Virus record (IMG/VR): IMGVR_UViG_3300039452_000187
Span: 1-64,000 of that record
DNA length: 64,000 nt
DNA from: a virus
Lineage: Duplodnaviria > Caudoviricetes
Direction: 5' to 3' (one strand)
Under the pieces are notes generated by a model, which saw only the letters and a list, made by a program, of their open reading frames with translations, did no database searches and had not been told where the DNA came from. Below are positions 39,618-49,241 of the stretch, one piece after another. Numbering within the stretch: position 1 is the first letter of the stretch; the number at the start of each line of letters is the position of its first letter. Made by a program: the position numbers and the translations under genes.

Positions 39618-40553
39618 TTAGACGTAGGTGTAGAAGATCTCGACGCCCGCCGCGGAGCCTGTGTTGCCTTTTTCGGCGGTCGTCGAGGCAATCGAAATCG
39701 CAGTACCAAACGGCACACCTTGATTGGTCACGATCAGGTCTTTGGAGCTATTCGCCGGGACAAGCAGCTCCCAATCGGGGTTGGTGGTGCCCAGGGTGAC
39801 GCTGCCCGTCGCGAGGTCAAAGATCTGAATCCAGGCCGCCGCGCCCTGGTTATTCTCGATATGCAGCGAGTAGAGCGTACCGGCGCTCGCCTTGATCGCC
39901 TGGACGCTGCCGAGGTCGCGGAGTTTCCCCTTGGACATACCCGACGCGGCCGCCCCGGTCGGCACCTGGAAACCGGCCCGCGCGGCCACGTCGAGGGTGG
40001 GCATGGTGTTGGTGCCATCCGTGACCGAGACAAAGCCCTTCCGCCCCACGGCGTCCATCGTGGGGAGCGTGTTCGTTCCATCGGTCACTTTCACAAAAGC
40101 CGCCCGGCCAACCGCATCCATCGTCGGCAGCACATTGGTCCCGTCGGTGACCTTAACGAAGCCGGCCCGACCCACGACGTCCAGGCTCGGCATTTCATTG
40201 GCGCCGTTCCAGAGGCTCACGCGTAAATTTGGATGGGCCGTACTTTCGAGTTGGACCGGCACCAGCTGACTCCCCGCCGACGCCGCCGGGTCCAGGGCAA
40301 ACAAGCCGGCCGCCACCCGGAGCGAGGTCACCGCCGTTTCCGACAGGGCCGCATTGCAGGCCGCCACCACGATCGAATTAGTGCCGTCGGTGAGAAGCAC
40401 GAAGCCCTTACGGGCTACGGCGTCCATCGTCGGCATGAAGTTGGTGCCGTCGGTCAAGCGAATCTGCGGCGCCTGGACGCCGCCGCCGATGTCGGTGGAT
40501 GCGAAGGTCACCGTGACGGAATTGGCGTCCTTGGCAACGTAGTTATTAGCCAC
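39618..40553 (-). CDS. Virion protein with 21-aa TDGTNxxPTMDAVGRxGFVxV repeats
   Basis: About five repeat units plus a C-terminal domain shared with 26639-27358. Confidence 0.7.
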   Translation of the reverse strand: MANNYVAKDANSVTVTFASTDIGGGVQAPQIRLTDGTNFMPTMDAVARKGFVLLTDGTNSIVVAACNAALSETAVTSLRVAAGLFALDPAASAGSQLVPVQLESTAHPNLRVSLWNGANEMPSLDVVGRAGFVKVTDGTNVLPTMDAVGRAAFVKVTDGTNTLPTMDAVGRKGFVSVTDGTNTMPTLDVAARAGFQVPTGAAASGMSKGKLRDLGSVQAIKASAGTLYSLHIENNQGAAAWIQIFDLATGSVTLGTTNPDWELLVPANSSKDLIVTNQGVPFGTAISIASTTAEKGNTGSAAGVEIFYTYV

Positions 40554-40577
40554 TTATTGCATCTCCTGAAAAACCTG

Positions 40578-42014
40578 TCACGGTCGACCGGGCAGGTACA
40601 TCGAATTCGCCGCCAGCGAGAAATCGAGCGCCGGCCCCGCGGCGGTTATCAGCGTGTCGGGAATCGTCGGGGACAGACTGGACGGCAGCAGCAGTTCATT
40701 CGCCATCATCGGGAACCAGCGGGCGAAGAGCGTCTGAAACGTCGCGTTGAACGCGGAGCCGCCCCGGTCATTGGTGGTCGTGATGGTAAATTGGTCGTTC
40801 AAGAGGAACGGCGTGCTACCGCTGAAGGAGGCCAGAAACGGACCGCCGTTATACAGCTTGCTTGCCGCCCCAAACGCCAGATGATCGATGTAGAGGTTGC
40901 GGCCGTTCGACAGGGCGCCCGAGAGCCGCAGCCGGAGATTCTGCACCGCTGGTAGCAGGTTCGGAGTCCGAAAGACGCCACTGTAGTTGGTCCAGCTGCC
41001 GCTGACCTGGCTCAGGGTGACACTGAACGAGTTCTGCACCCCCTGCTGGTCCGCGATGACATTGCCGTTGCCGTCGATCAAATCGACCGTGAGTACCCCG
41101 GCGCCGGGCACCACGTCCACGGTGAGCCAGAGCGACAGCGCGTACACCGTCGCCGGCTGCAGCTTGCCGGCGGTCCCGGTGCTCGCATTATTGAACTGCT
41201 GCGTCAACGCAGTCTTGGTGCTGCCGTCGCCCACCAGGTTCAGCGAACCGATTCCGGTAAAGACCGGCGCCGTCCCTTGTTTGACTTGACTGCCGGCCGT
41301 GCCGGTGGCAATCGTCCAGTTGTTGGGAGTGTTGCTGGTCCAGGTCTCGAAATCGGAGTTGGTGAGCAGATTGCCGGTCGCATTGTTGCGGGTGGCGTCG
41401 ATGGCCGCCAGCGGAGCAGCCGAGCCGGAGCCCGCCGGCCAATCCGGCGAAAAGGCGTTCGCCTGGGAAGCTGTCCCGGCGAACCGAAACGATTCGTTGC
41501 CCGCCGAGCGGTTACCGCTCTGACTATCCGCCACACAGGTCAGGATCGCACTTTCAGCGTAGAGGTTCTCCTGGCTTAAGCCGTCGCCGCGTTTGGTCGA
41601 CCCGACGACGACGCCGTTGCCCGTGTTGCCGCTCGTTGCCTGCGCGGTCAGACCCACGAGGCACTGCTGCACCGTGGCCCCCTGGGCCTGCATGGCGGCA
41701 ATGACCGCTTCGAGGGCCTGCACCTGATCCGTCCGGGAGGGTTGCGGCGTGGCCGCGTTGACCATCGTAAGCAGGGTGGCTTGGGCCAGCGCCTGAAGAC
41801 TCGCCGCAATGGTGCCGATCGCGGTCTGGCCGCCCGCCACCGAGGTCGCGAAGTTGGCCGGCACGAGCGGGTTGGCCGTGAACTGCTGCAGGATATTGAG
41901 AACGTCGGAACGATAGTTGGCCTTCTGAAACAGGTTAACGTCGCGCAGCATCCGGCCCAGCAGCCCGAGCCGCTGAAAGAGGGATTGGTCGCCGGTGAGA
42001 GGGAGCAGACCCAT
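40578..42014 (-). CDS. Structural protein with carbohydrate-binding-module-like domain
   Basis: NLLTNSDFETW...LQPATVYALSLW...SWTNYSGVF...LYIDHL. Confidence 0.65.
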   Translation of the reverse strand: MGLLPLTGDQSLFQRLGLLGRMLRDVNLFQKANYRSDVLNILQQFTANPLVPANFATSVAGGQTAIGTIAASLQALAQATLLTMVNAATPQPSRTDQVQALEAVIAAMQAQGATVQQCLVGLTAQATSGNTGNGVVVGSTKRGDGLSQENLYAESAILTCVADSQSGNRSAGNESFRFAGTASQANAFSPDWPAGSGSAAPLAAIDATRNNATGNLLTNSDFETWTSNTPNNWTIATGTAGSQVKQGTAPVFTGIGSLNLVGDGSTKTALTQQFNNASTGTAGKLQPATVYALSLWLTVDVVPGAGVLTVDLIDGNGNVIADQQGVQNSFSVTLSQVSGSWTNYSGVFRTPNLLPAVQNLRLRLSGALSNGRNLYIDHLAFGAASKLYNGGPFLASFSGSTPFLLNDQFTITTTNDRGGSAFNATFQTLFARWFPMMANELLLPSSLSPTIPDTLITAAGPALDFSLAANSMYLPGRP

Positions 42015-42190
42015 AGGGGCGAGTATGCCGCCTCTGTGTCAGGAGAGAGAAAATGCGACGGCGCAATAATCGGCGGCACTGACTCTTGCGACGGTTCACC
42101 GGACCAGGCCGGCGCTTTTGGCTTGACCGGGAGCCGCGCGGCGCTGAGAATCATCCTTGGAGGGGAAGGGTCCGACAAGGAGTAGGGTCC

Positions 42191-42994
42191 ATGTCCATGC
42201 CTCTGTTCCGCTTTGCCTGTCCGGCCTGTCAAAAGATCCTCAAGACCAGCCCGACGAACGCCGGTCGCAAGTCGCACTGTCCACGGTGCGGCCAACGGCT
42301 CCAGGTCCCGGCCCCGCCGGCGCAGCGCAAACGGACGATGCTGGGGCGACTGCTGCCCGACCGGCCGGTGACCGCACAGGCCAGCGCAGCATCAACCATC
42401 ACGGAGATTGATCCGGGGCATAACGTCGCTGTGGCTTTGCCCCCCGCAGCAGTCCATGACACCGAAGTGATTCAGGTCAGTGAAGACGCAGGCCGCTCGA
42501 GGATTTTGCCCCCGCTACTCATCACGGTGAGTTGTGCCAGCATGGTTGCTGTGGCTGGCTGGTGGCTGCTCTCCGACCGGCCACAGCGATCCGGTACCCG
42601 GGCCGCTCCGGCGACTCCCGCCGCTGTGAAGGCCGAAGCGTGGACTGAACTGGAAATGATGCGATATCTGCACGACCACGAAATTCCGTTTCATTTCGTG
42701 GCCCACGAGTCGGACCGCACCACGTGGGTGCTGTATCAAAGCGATTCGTATTTTGAGCGGAATATCCAGGTGGGCCATGAAATGCTGCGGACCTACGGGC
42801 CGCGCAGTGCTCCGTGGAATGATGGCGTGGTCATCATGCAGGTATGCCCATCCGCCGCCGAAGCCAAGAGGCTGCTGGCACTCATGGAGCAGAACGGCCT
42901 GAAGGGCGACAATGAATTCGCCTGGAACCGCTTTCTCTTTGTCGGCAGCCGGCCCTTCATTGCCCAGATTCGCGGCGCCCTCGTCCAGCCTTAG
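42191..42994 (+). CDS. Zn-ribbon single-pass membrane protein (antisense moron in tail operon)
   Basis: FACPACQKILK...CPRCGQRLQVP, TM segment LLITVSCASMVAVAGWWLL. Confidence 0.75.
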   Translation: MSMPLFRFACPACQKILKTSPTNAGRKSHCPRCGQRLQVPAPPAQRKRTMLGRLLPDRPVTAQASAASTITEIDPGHNVAVALPPAAVHDTEVIQVSEDAGRSRILPPLLITVSCASMVAVAGWWLLSDRPQRSGTRAAPATPAAVKAEAWTELEMMRYLHDHEIPFHFVAHESDRTTWVLYQSDSYFERNIQVGHEMLRTYGPRSAPWNDGVVIMQVCPSAAEAKRLLALMEQNGLKGDNEFAWNRFLFVGSRPFIAQIRGALVQP

Positions 42995-44712
42995 TCCGGG
43001 AAATCCTCACTTAGATCCTCGCAACCGCCCGTGGTCCCAGGCAGCCCGGCATTCAAGATGCCAAACTGAAAATCCTCTGCCGCATAGCCCACGATCCCAG
43101 GGTCCAGGCTTGAGCTATCCATGGTCGGTGGCACCGCACTCACCAGTTTGGACGCCCGGTTCTGGTAGTTGTATTCGTACTTGCCGCTCACCCGGTACTT
43201 GAGCTGTGTCCCATCCCCGGTGGGCTCTATCTGATCGGTGATGATCTCCATTTTGCTCCGGACAATCGTGGGATCGCCGAGGCACGGGTGCGGCAGCTTG
43301 GGTTTGCCCCCTTCCCGTTCCGCGACCCACTCCACAAACAATTTCGAGGTCGTCTGGGCCAGCTTGATATTGACCGCGGCCACCGGCGACTGGTCATCGG
43401 CAATGGGCAGCTGGATGATATGGTCGTGGTGCCGCCAGATCATGCTGATGAGGTACGTGGTGTACAGGCCGAGATCAAGCGGAATCACCCACAGGCTGTT
43501 GAAGTCTGTCGGCAGGACCGGCACGAGCGAGATGGACGGTGGCGTACCCCCCGGCGGCGGCGCGTCCTCGCTCAACTGACCGGTCAGCACCGTCACCAGC
43601 GGCAGCACGTCCTGGCACGGGCTGGCAAAGCCAGGCGCATATTGTTTCATCCCCGCGCTACCGCGCGTCCCCGGATCAGGAGCTATGTCCGGGACTCCCG
43701 GAATCGCCGTGTTGAACCGAACGGGGTTGAGAGGCAGGGCCTTGAGTCGGGCCGGGTCGCCGACCAGTTGCGCCTTCACCATGACTTCGATGACGTTATC
43801 CGCCAGGTGCTCCGTGACCGCCGCCCCGCGCAGGACGACATCCTTGCCGAAGACCCCGGTAGGCCCGAGCACCTTGTTGACGCAGAGATCCACCGCTGTC
43901 GAAATCAGCGCCCCCTTGTCGCTGAGCTTCGGTCCTTCCAGGCGCACCCGGCATTCGGCCAGGCGCACACCGCCGCCGGGCGCCACCGTGGATTCGATAT
44001 ATTGGCCGTCCCATTTCGTGGCCGGCGCCGGCGCTTGCAAGTAAACTTCCTGGTCGATCACCGTATATTGCAAGGCCAAGCCGTCTTCCTGGACCACCCA
44101 ATCAATGCCGTCGCGGCGAAAACCGTAAGGGATGGGCGGCAGCACCAGACTTTTGCAGGAATCGGCGCTCAGGTTGTCAAACTCGGCATCCACATGCAGG
44201 CTGACCCGCCCTACCGTCGTCAGGGTGCTGTAGAAATTATGGTTGATGCGCACATTGGTGCGCCAGCGGTGGGAAGCAATCTGCTGCAGCACATCGCCGG
44301 CATCGGGACACTCCACGAGGTTGAACTCCACCGAATAGTCGATAATAAACGTCTCGGTGCCGGCAATCTTGACGACGGAATGAACCCTGGGAAACGGCCC
44401 GTTCTTGACGTCGGGTGCTTTCACGTTAAACAAGGTATGGTTGGAATCGCTGCCGCCCACGGTGAAGGTCAAGTCCTGCCGGGGCTGAGCCAGGAGGTGG
44501 CGGATACTTTTCTCGATGGTCGATGGGCTGGTATTGTCGACGCCGCCCTGACCGGCCGGGAGCAGTTCGGAATTGATGCTGGCACGCACGTTCAGACGGA
44601 AACGGGTGTGGGAGTAATCCAGGTGCGCGAGGTCATCATAGACCGGTTCTTGCTCGATGCCATGCGTCAGAATGTGATCCAGGGTCAAGTCGCCAATGGT
44701 CAGCACAGACAT
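42991..44712 (-). CDS. Tail protein downstream of the tape measure
   Basis: Long ORF in expected synteny. Confidence 0.6.
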   Translation of the reverse strand: MSVLTIGDLTLDHILTHGIEQEPVYDDLAHLDYSHTRFRLNVRASINSELLPAGQGGVDNTSPSTIEKSIRHLLAQPRQDLTFTVGGSDSNHTLFNVKAPDVKNGPFPRVHSVVKIAGTETFIIDYSVEFNLVECPDAGDVLQQIASHRWRTNVRINHNFYSTLTTVGRVSLHVDAEFDNLSADSCKSLVLPPIPYGFRRDGIDWVVQEDGLALQYTVIDQEVYLQAPAPATKWDGQYIESTVAPGGGVRLAECRVRLEGPKLSDKGALISTAVDLCVNKVLGPTGVFGKDVVLRGAAVTEHLADNVIEVMVKAQLVGDPARLKALPLNPVRFNTAIPGVPDIAPDPGTRGSAGMKQYAPGFASPCQDVLPLVTVLTGQLSEDAPPPGGTPPSISLVPVLPTDFNSLWVIPLDLGLYTTYLISMIWRHHDHIIQLPIADDQSPVAAVNIKLAQTTSKLFVEWVAEREGGKPKLPHPCLGDPTIVRSKMEIITDQIEPTGDGTQLKYRVSGKYEYNYQNRASKLVSAVPPTMDSSSLDPGIVGYAAEDFQFGILNAGLPGTTGGCEDLSEDFPD

Positions 44713-44736
44713 GGTTGCTGCTTTCTTAGGGTTGGC

Positions 44737-46116
44737 CTACCAGTTGGGCATGCGCGGGCGCTGAAAACGCCAATCATTCTGCTGCCGCTTCTGCCGCGCG
44801 TCCTGAGCCGTCTCGTTGAGCCAGGTGCCCATGTCGGTGCCGTCCTGGCGCTCGGCAATGCCAAGAATGCGGTTGACGCCGTTGGCGATGTCGCGGAGAC
44901 TGCCGTGAATCTCGTTGCCGTTGCCGAAATTGCGGCTGAGCCAGTTGGCAATGGCCAAAGGCGTCAGGTTGGACAGGTCGAAATTGACAATGCCGCTGCC
45001 GATGTTGGCGAGTTTTTCACCGATCCAGTTGATGAGGGCCTGGAAGGCAATGGAGAGTTCGGCCGTGTCGTCGGCAAGCTGGTTATAGGCCCGCGACAGC
45101 TGCCGGGTGCTATCGGCCAACCGATCGCCCATCTGCATCTCACGCATGGCCCGCCGCGCATCGCTCTCGGCAAAGACCGCCGCCATGTTGCCGGAGAAGT
45201 TGGCGAGGCCACGCTGGGCTTCCAGGAGGCCGCCGGCAAAATCGCGTAGCAGCCCCGGCAAGGCGACGAACGCAACGCCGACCGCCAGGGCAGCGCTGGC
45301 CACACCCAGCAGACTCACCGTGGCCCCACCAGCCCCAGCGGCACCCGCCGCACCTGCGGCTCCCCCGCCGCCACCAGCCCCAGCGGCACCCGCCGCACCT
45401 GCGGCTCCCCCGGCCCCACCAGCCCCAGCGGCACCCGCCGCACCTGCGGCTCCCCCGGCGCCAGCGGCAAACGCCCGGCCGCCGCCAAAGAGGTTACTGA
45501 CAATGTTGCCGAGCCCACCCAGGCCGCTCCGCACAATCCGGCCGCCCGTGGGGCCAAACTGGCGGCGCGCCGCCCGGCCGGCACGGGTACGAAAGCGCCG
45601 GAAGCCGCCGCGGAGTTGCTGGGAGCCGCCCGTGGCTCGCATGAAATTCCCGATGGAACTTCCCACGGGTTGCCAGAGACCGCGCAACTGGTTCAAAAAG
45701 CGTTGGGCATCGGGCGGTAGCACCTGTTGCCAGATGCTGGGACCGTGGGCGGGCCGGGGCGGGCCGGCTGGTCCGGGTGGCGTACCTGGCGGCGGTGGCG
45801 GTGCGACTCCCGGGCCAGGCTGCACGTCCACATGGCCGGCGTGCAGCGTCAAGGTGGACAGGTTGGCGGTAAGCGCCAGCTGTAAAGGCGAGCCGAGGGA
45901 CTGAAAGGCCGCCTGGACCGCAGCACCGATCTGGGACACCAGGGCACCGGCAATGTTAGTGGCGAGAGCCGCGATATCAATGGGCGGGACGGGTGGTGGC
46001 GGCGGTGAGCCACCAGGAGGGCCACCGCCCGGTGGTGGCGGTGGGGGGGGCGGTGGAGGGGGAGGAAGGGGAGGAGGGGGTGGTGGTGGCGGGCTGCCTC
46101 CAGGAAATGCTGACAT
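44737..46116 (-). CDS. Short tape-measure-like protein with polyproline and Gly/Ala repeats
   Basis: Follows the frameshifted chaperone pair; Ala/Gly-rich with a hydrophobic segment and helical C-terminus. Confidence 0.65.
   Translation of the reverse strand: MSAFPGGSPPPPPPPPLPPPPPPPPPPPPGGGPPGGSPPPPPVPPIDIAALATNIAGALVSQIGAAVQAAFQSLGSPLQLALTANLSTLTLHAGHVDVQPGPGVAPPPPPGTPPGPAGPPRPAHGPSIWQQVLPPDAQRFLNQLRGLWQPVGSSIGNFMRATGGSQQLRGGFRRFRTRAGRAARRQFGPTGGRIVRSGLGGLGNIVSNLFGGGRAFAAGAGGAAGAAGAAGAGGAGGAAGAAGAAGAGGGGGAAGAAGAAGAGGATVSLLGVASAALAVGVAFVALPGLLRDFAGGLLEAQRGLANFSGNMAAVFAESDARRAMREMQMGDRLADSTRQLSRAYNQLADDTAELSIAFQALINWIGEKLANIGSGIVNFDLSNLTPLAIANWLSRNFGNGNEIHGSLRDIANGVNRILGIAERQDGTDMGTWLNETAQDARQKRQQNDWRFQRPRMPNW
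45326..45457. repeat. 3 x 45-bp near-identical tandem repeat
   Basis: CCACCAGCCCCAGCGGCACCCGCCGCACCTGCGGCTCCCCCG starting at 45326, 45371 and 45416. Confidence 0.9.
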
Positions 46117-46134
46117 CGTTGCTCCCCTGTCTTC

Positions 46135-46877
46135 CTACCAGTCTCCGTTCGCGCTCCCAAACCGTTGCGTCCCACCACTGCCCCGCGGTTGCCGCTGTTG
46201 CGCTTCCCGCAGCGCTTCGGCCTGCGCTCGCGTCGCTGCCGCCTGCCCTTCCGAGTCCGTGACCGCCTCGTAGAAGCCCGGTGGCGGCTTGTTGCCCAGG
46301 ATTAGGCTGATGGCGATGGCGAGGGGGAGGGACTGGCGGTACGTGAGCCGTTCGCGGTTGAGGATGATGCTGACGTGCTCGGCGTAGCTGAGGGGCCGGC
46401 CGAAGCTGCCGAGGCTGCCGCACTCGGCGGCGTCAACGAGTCCGCTATCCCGGCCTTTTTTTTTAACTCGCCCATGAACTGCGAGTAGTGCGACAGGAGC
46501 GCCAGGCACTCCGCATCCGTGAGGCCCCGGCGCCGGCTGGCCTCGTCGGTGTTGAACTCCTCCACCCCGAACGAGCGCCGGATCGTCGCCGTCAGGGACA
46601 AGAAGGCTTGCCGGGCTTGCGCCTGCGCGCCCGGGTGCTCCACCGTCAGTGTGGCCAGCTTCAGGTTGTGGTCAAACTCGGGATCCTCATAGAGCAGCAC
46701 CTGGACGCGCAGAGGGTCCACTTCGCGCCAGCGGCTACCGTCGTGGAAGCGGTAGATGCAGCGCTCCGACTCGTTCCAGGGGCCGAAGTCGGGGAAGGCA
46801 CCCGTGGCGGTGCGGCGGGGTGGCTTTGGGGGCTGACGGCGGGCAGCGGCTCGGGCTCTGGCAGAATGCTTGCTCAT
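46135..46877 (-). CDS. Tail assembly chaperone G (46302-46877) and -1 frameshift product GT (to 46135)
   Basis: Slippery A AAA AAG in GAG TTA AAA AAA AAG (46455-46469); open -1 frame KKKGRDSG...; located between tail tube and tape measure. Confidence 0.85.
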
Positions 46878-46927
46878 GGCGTCAAGTAGACAGCCGGCGC
46901 GACGGGAAAGGCAAGAATGAGCAGAGA

Positions 46928-47446
46928 TCAGGTCGTTGTGCGATTGTAAAGCACATTGCTCGCGGTGGACCCCGAACTCCCGCTGTAGGGTAAGGCGAAG
47001 AAACTGAGGTTCCACACGCTTTGCCGGACGCCAATCTTGACGCGCTTGCTGCCAGTCATGCGTGCTTTCAAAAAATTCCAGGGCACCCCATCGGTCGGGG
47101 AGAGGACCAGGAGCCGGAAATACTTGCTCCCGGCGCCGAAGAGGGTGCCGGCCACGTCCTGCAAGCCTTCGCTACCGCCCACGAACGTGGGCCGCAGCTT
47201 GGCGAGGATCGTTTCGTCATAGAACACGAGCTGCGCCCGGATGTTGGCCGTCTGGCCATAGCCCATCTCATCGAACGGAATTCGCCCCTCCGGGCCGCCG
47301 TTGGTGTCCGTGTAGATGGGCGAGACGTGGTCCTCGATCTCGATATCCACGCCATCGACGCTGACACCCAGGATTTCCAGGGCTTGCGCGGAACCGGTGC
47401 CAGTCTTAATCTGGCTCTCGCCGCCGACGTGAATGGATTGAGACAT
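46928..47446 (-). CDS. Major tail (tube) protein
   Basis: LGVSVDGVDIEIE...IYTD..GG; size and synteny. Confidence 0.7.
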   Translation of the reverse strand: MSQSIHVGGESQIKTGTGSAQALEILGVSVDGVDIEIEDHVSPIYTDTNGGPEGRIPFDEMGYGQTANIRAQLVFYDETILAKLRPTFVGGSEGLQDVAGTLFGAGSKYFRLLVLSPTDGVPWNFLKARMTGSKRVKIGVRQSVWNLSFFALPYSGSSGSTASNVLYNRTTT

Positions 47447-47453
47447 GCTTCAC

Positions 47454-47987
47454 TCACGGCGCCAGCCGCCGCTCCTTACCGCGCACACCGAAAAACCGCC
47501 GGGCAATCGTCGTGTTCAGGTTGAGCTGGTCAATATCCGCCTGGCTCACAAACTGGTCCTTGGGCAGTCCCGCGTTGGCCTGATCCAGCAAGCCGAAGAT
47601 CATCTCGCCTAAGCGCAGTCTGTGAAGTTTCTCCTGCGTGGACCGGTACAGTTCCGTGATCTTGGCCGCCGAGTCGCGCCGGGTGAGCAGAAACCACATG
47701 GCGATATCGGACACCAGCCGCTGCAGGAACACCGCCGAGACACCTGTGAGGGCCTGCAAATCGGTCGGCGTGTACTTCCCGCCCACCAGACAGGCTGCTT
47801 CGACTTCCCCCGAGGCCGCACTCAGGGCCGCCGCCAGGTTGCCGTCCGTGAGCAGGTCCGTGGGGCTGAGGCGGGTGCCCGTGTCCGAGCACAGGTCGCC
47901 GATCTGGCGCGCATCATGAAACGTGAGGCACTGGGCCGGGCTACAGTAACTGGTCGCACTGGACAGCGGCGTGGACACCAGCACCAC
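47454..47987 (-). CDS. Mu gp36-like (DUF1320) head-tail connector
   Basis: SYCSP...ALSAASGEVEAA...KYTP..L...LQRLVSDIAMWFL..RR...Y......L..L..G. Confidence 0.8.
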   Translation of the reverse strand: MVLVSTPLSSATSYCSPAQCLTFHDARQIGDLCSDTGTRLSPTDLLTDGNLAAALSAASGEVEAACLVGGKYTPTDLQALTGVSAVFLQRLVSDIAMWFLLTRRDSAAKITELYRSTQEKLHRLRLGEMIFGLLDQANAGLPKDQFVSQADIDQLNLNTTIARRFFGVRGKERRLAP

Positions 47988-48043
47988 TCCTCACGTCAGG
48001 GCCGAGACAGTGACATACTGTTGTCACCGTTTTCGAGGTCGTG

Positions 48044-49087
48044 TTAGCTGGTGCAGCTCGTAACATAATAACCAGCCGCCGGCGCCACCACGGCCGTGGC
48101 CACGTCATCGACGCACCGGCCCAGCGTGCGGCGGTTGTCGACATCTACCTTGGATTCGACGGTCATTTCCTCGTAGCAGAACACCTGCGCCGTCGAGAAC
48201 TCGGGGATACCCTCCATGCCGACCAGTCCGCCCGGCCGCGCCAGGAACACCGCCGTCTGGTTGGGCAGCACGTAACTCGTGGTCTTGCTGGTCGCGCCCT
48301 TTTTGCTGGTGACCTTCACCGCATCTTCCACAACCACCTTGATGCCGAAGAGGGTGGGCGGGAGCATCCAGCTTTCCCAATTGCCCGTCTCCTTGTCGTC
48401 GCCCCGGATAATGCCCAGAGCGTAAGGCGACTGCTTGAGCACGTCGCGCAGCTCTTCCGTCTCGCTCATGAGCCGGGCCGTGTGCGGGTTGATGACGCAC
48501 ACGAGATCCTTGCGCTGGACCACCCCGAGCGTGGCCTGGATGATGTTCTCCGCAACCTGGTTAAAGGACTTGCGGATAAACTTGTCGGTCGCGCCCGAGA
48601 CGTCCCAGAGGCCACCGCCGAGCGCGGTCGCGGTGCCGGTGTTGCCGGCCCAATTCCCGGAGGTCGTGAGCTGGTTCCACACATTCTGGGTGCGGATCGT
48701 CATCATCTTGGCCGCCGAAATCCCGGCGTGGACTTGCAGGATGGGCCAGTCGGCCTGGTTGACGGCCTTTTGCCCCAGGTTGAATGGGGTCGCAAACCTC
48801 TGCGTCAAGAACTTCACGTACTGGAACGATTCCAGGTTCTGATTGCCCATCGGGGCTTCGGCGCCGTCGGCCCAGACGAAATCCTGGAGATTGGCGTTGA
48901 TGACGCGCGCCGCCTCTTCGGCGGTGATTTGCAGGTAGTAGCCCGCCGACTTCGACACCGGGACCAGCTTGATGTACTGGTTGAGCTTGAAGTCCTTGAT
49001 GTTGCGGCTGAAAGCCACAATCAGGCCACCGCTGGCCTCGTGACTTGGAACGTAGGTATTACTCGACGCGGGGTAGCCGGCAGCCAT
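48044..49087 (-). CDS. Major capsid protein
   Basis: 347 aa between cement and gp36-like genes; VPVSKSAGYY, LVCVINP, LPPTLFGIKVVV, VVAPAAGYYV. Confidence 0.8.
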   Translation of the reverse strand: MAAGYPASSNTYVPSHEASGGLIVAFSRNIKDFKLNQYIKLVPVSKSAGYYLQITAEEAARVINANLQDFVWADGAEAPMGNQNLESFQYVKFLTQRFATPFNLGQKAVNQADWPILQVHAGISAAKMMTIRTQNVWNQLTTSGNWAGNTGTATALGGGLWDVSGATDKFIRKSFNQVAENIIQATLGVVQRKDLVCVINPHTARLMSETEELRDVLKQSPYALGIIRGDDKETGNWESWMLPPTLFGIKVVVEDAVKVTSKKGATSKTTSYVLPNQTAVFLARPGGLVGMEGIPEFSTAQVFCYEEMTVESKVDVDNRRTLGRCVDDVATAVVAPAAGYYVTSCTS

Positions 49088-49241
49088 CGTTTATCTCCTG
49101 CACAAATCGGGCATGGATGCTGCCCGGATCAAGTCGTCTGCTCCCACTCTTCGCCGTTCCTGCGGCCAGCCCATCCGGCCGCACTGACAATGGATTGTCA
49201 CTAACCGCCGTTACCATCTGCCCCCTGCTCCTGCGGCCGCG

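Noticed and set aside
39960-40460. Diversity-generating retroelement TR/VR pair
   Set aside because: Repeats are in-frame protein repeats with largely synonymous variation, and no reverse transcriptase is present in the window
43288-45249. 653-aa plus-strand ORF, and similar long antisense ORFs such as 4581-5690, 23243-24523, 36332-37564, 48041-49204, 49575-51098 and 52053-53405
   Set aside because: Shadow ORFs opposite well-supported genes in GC-rich DNA; no motifs
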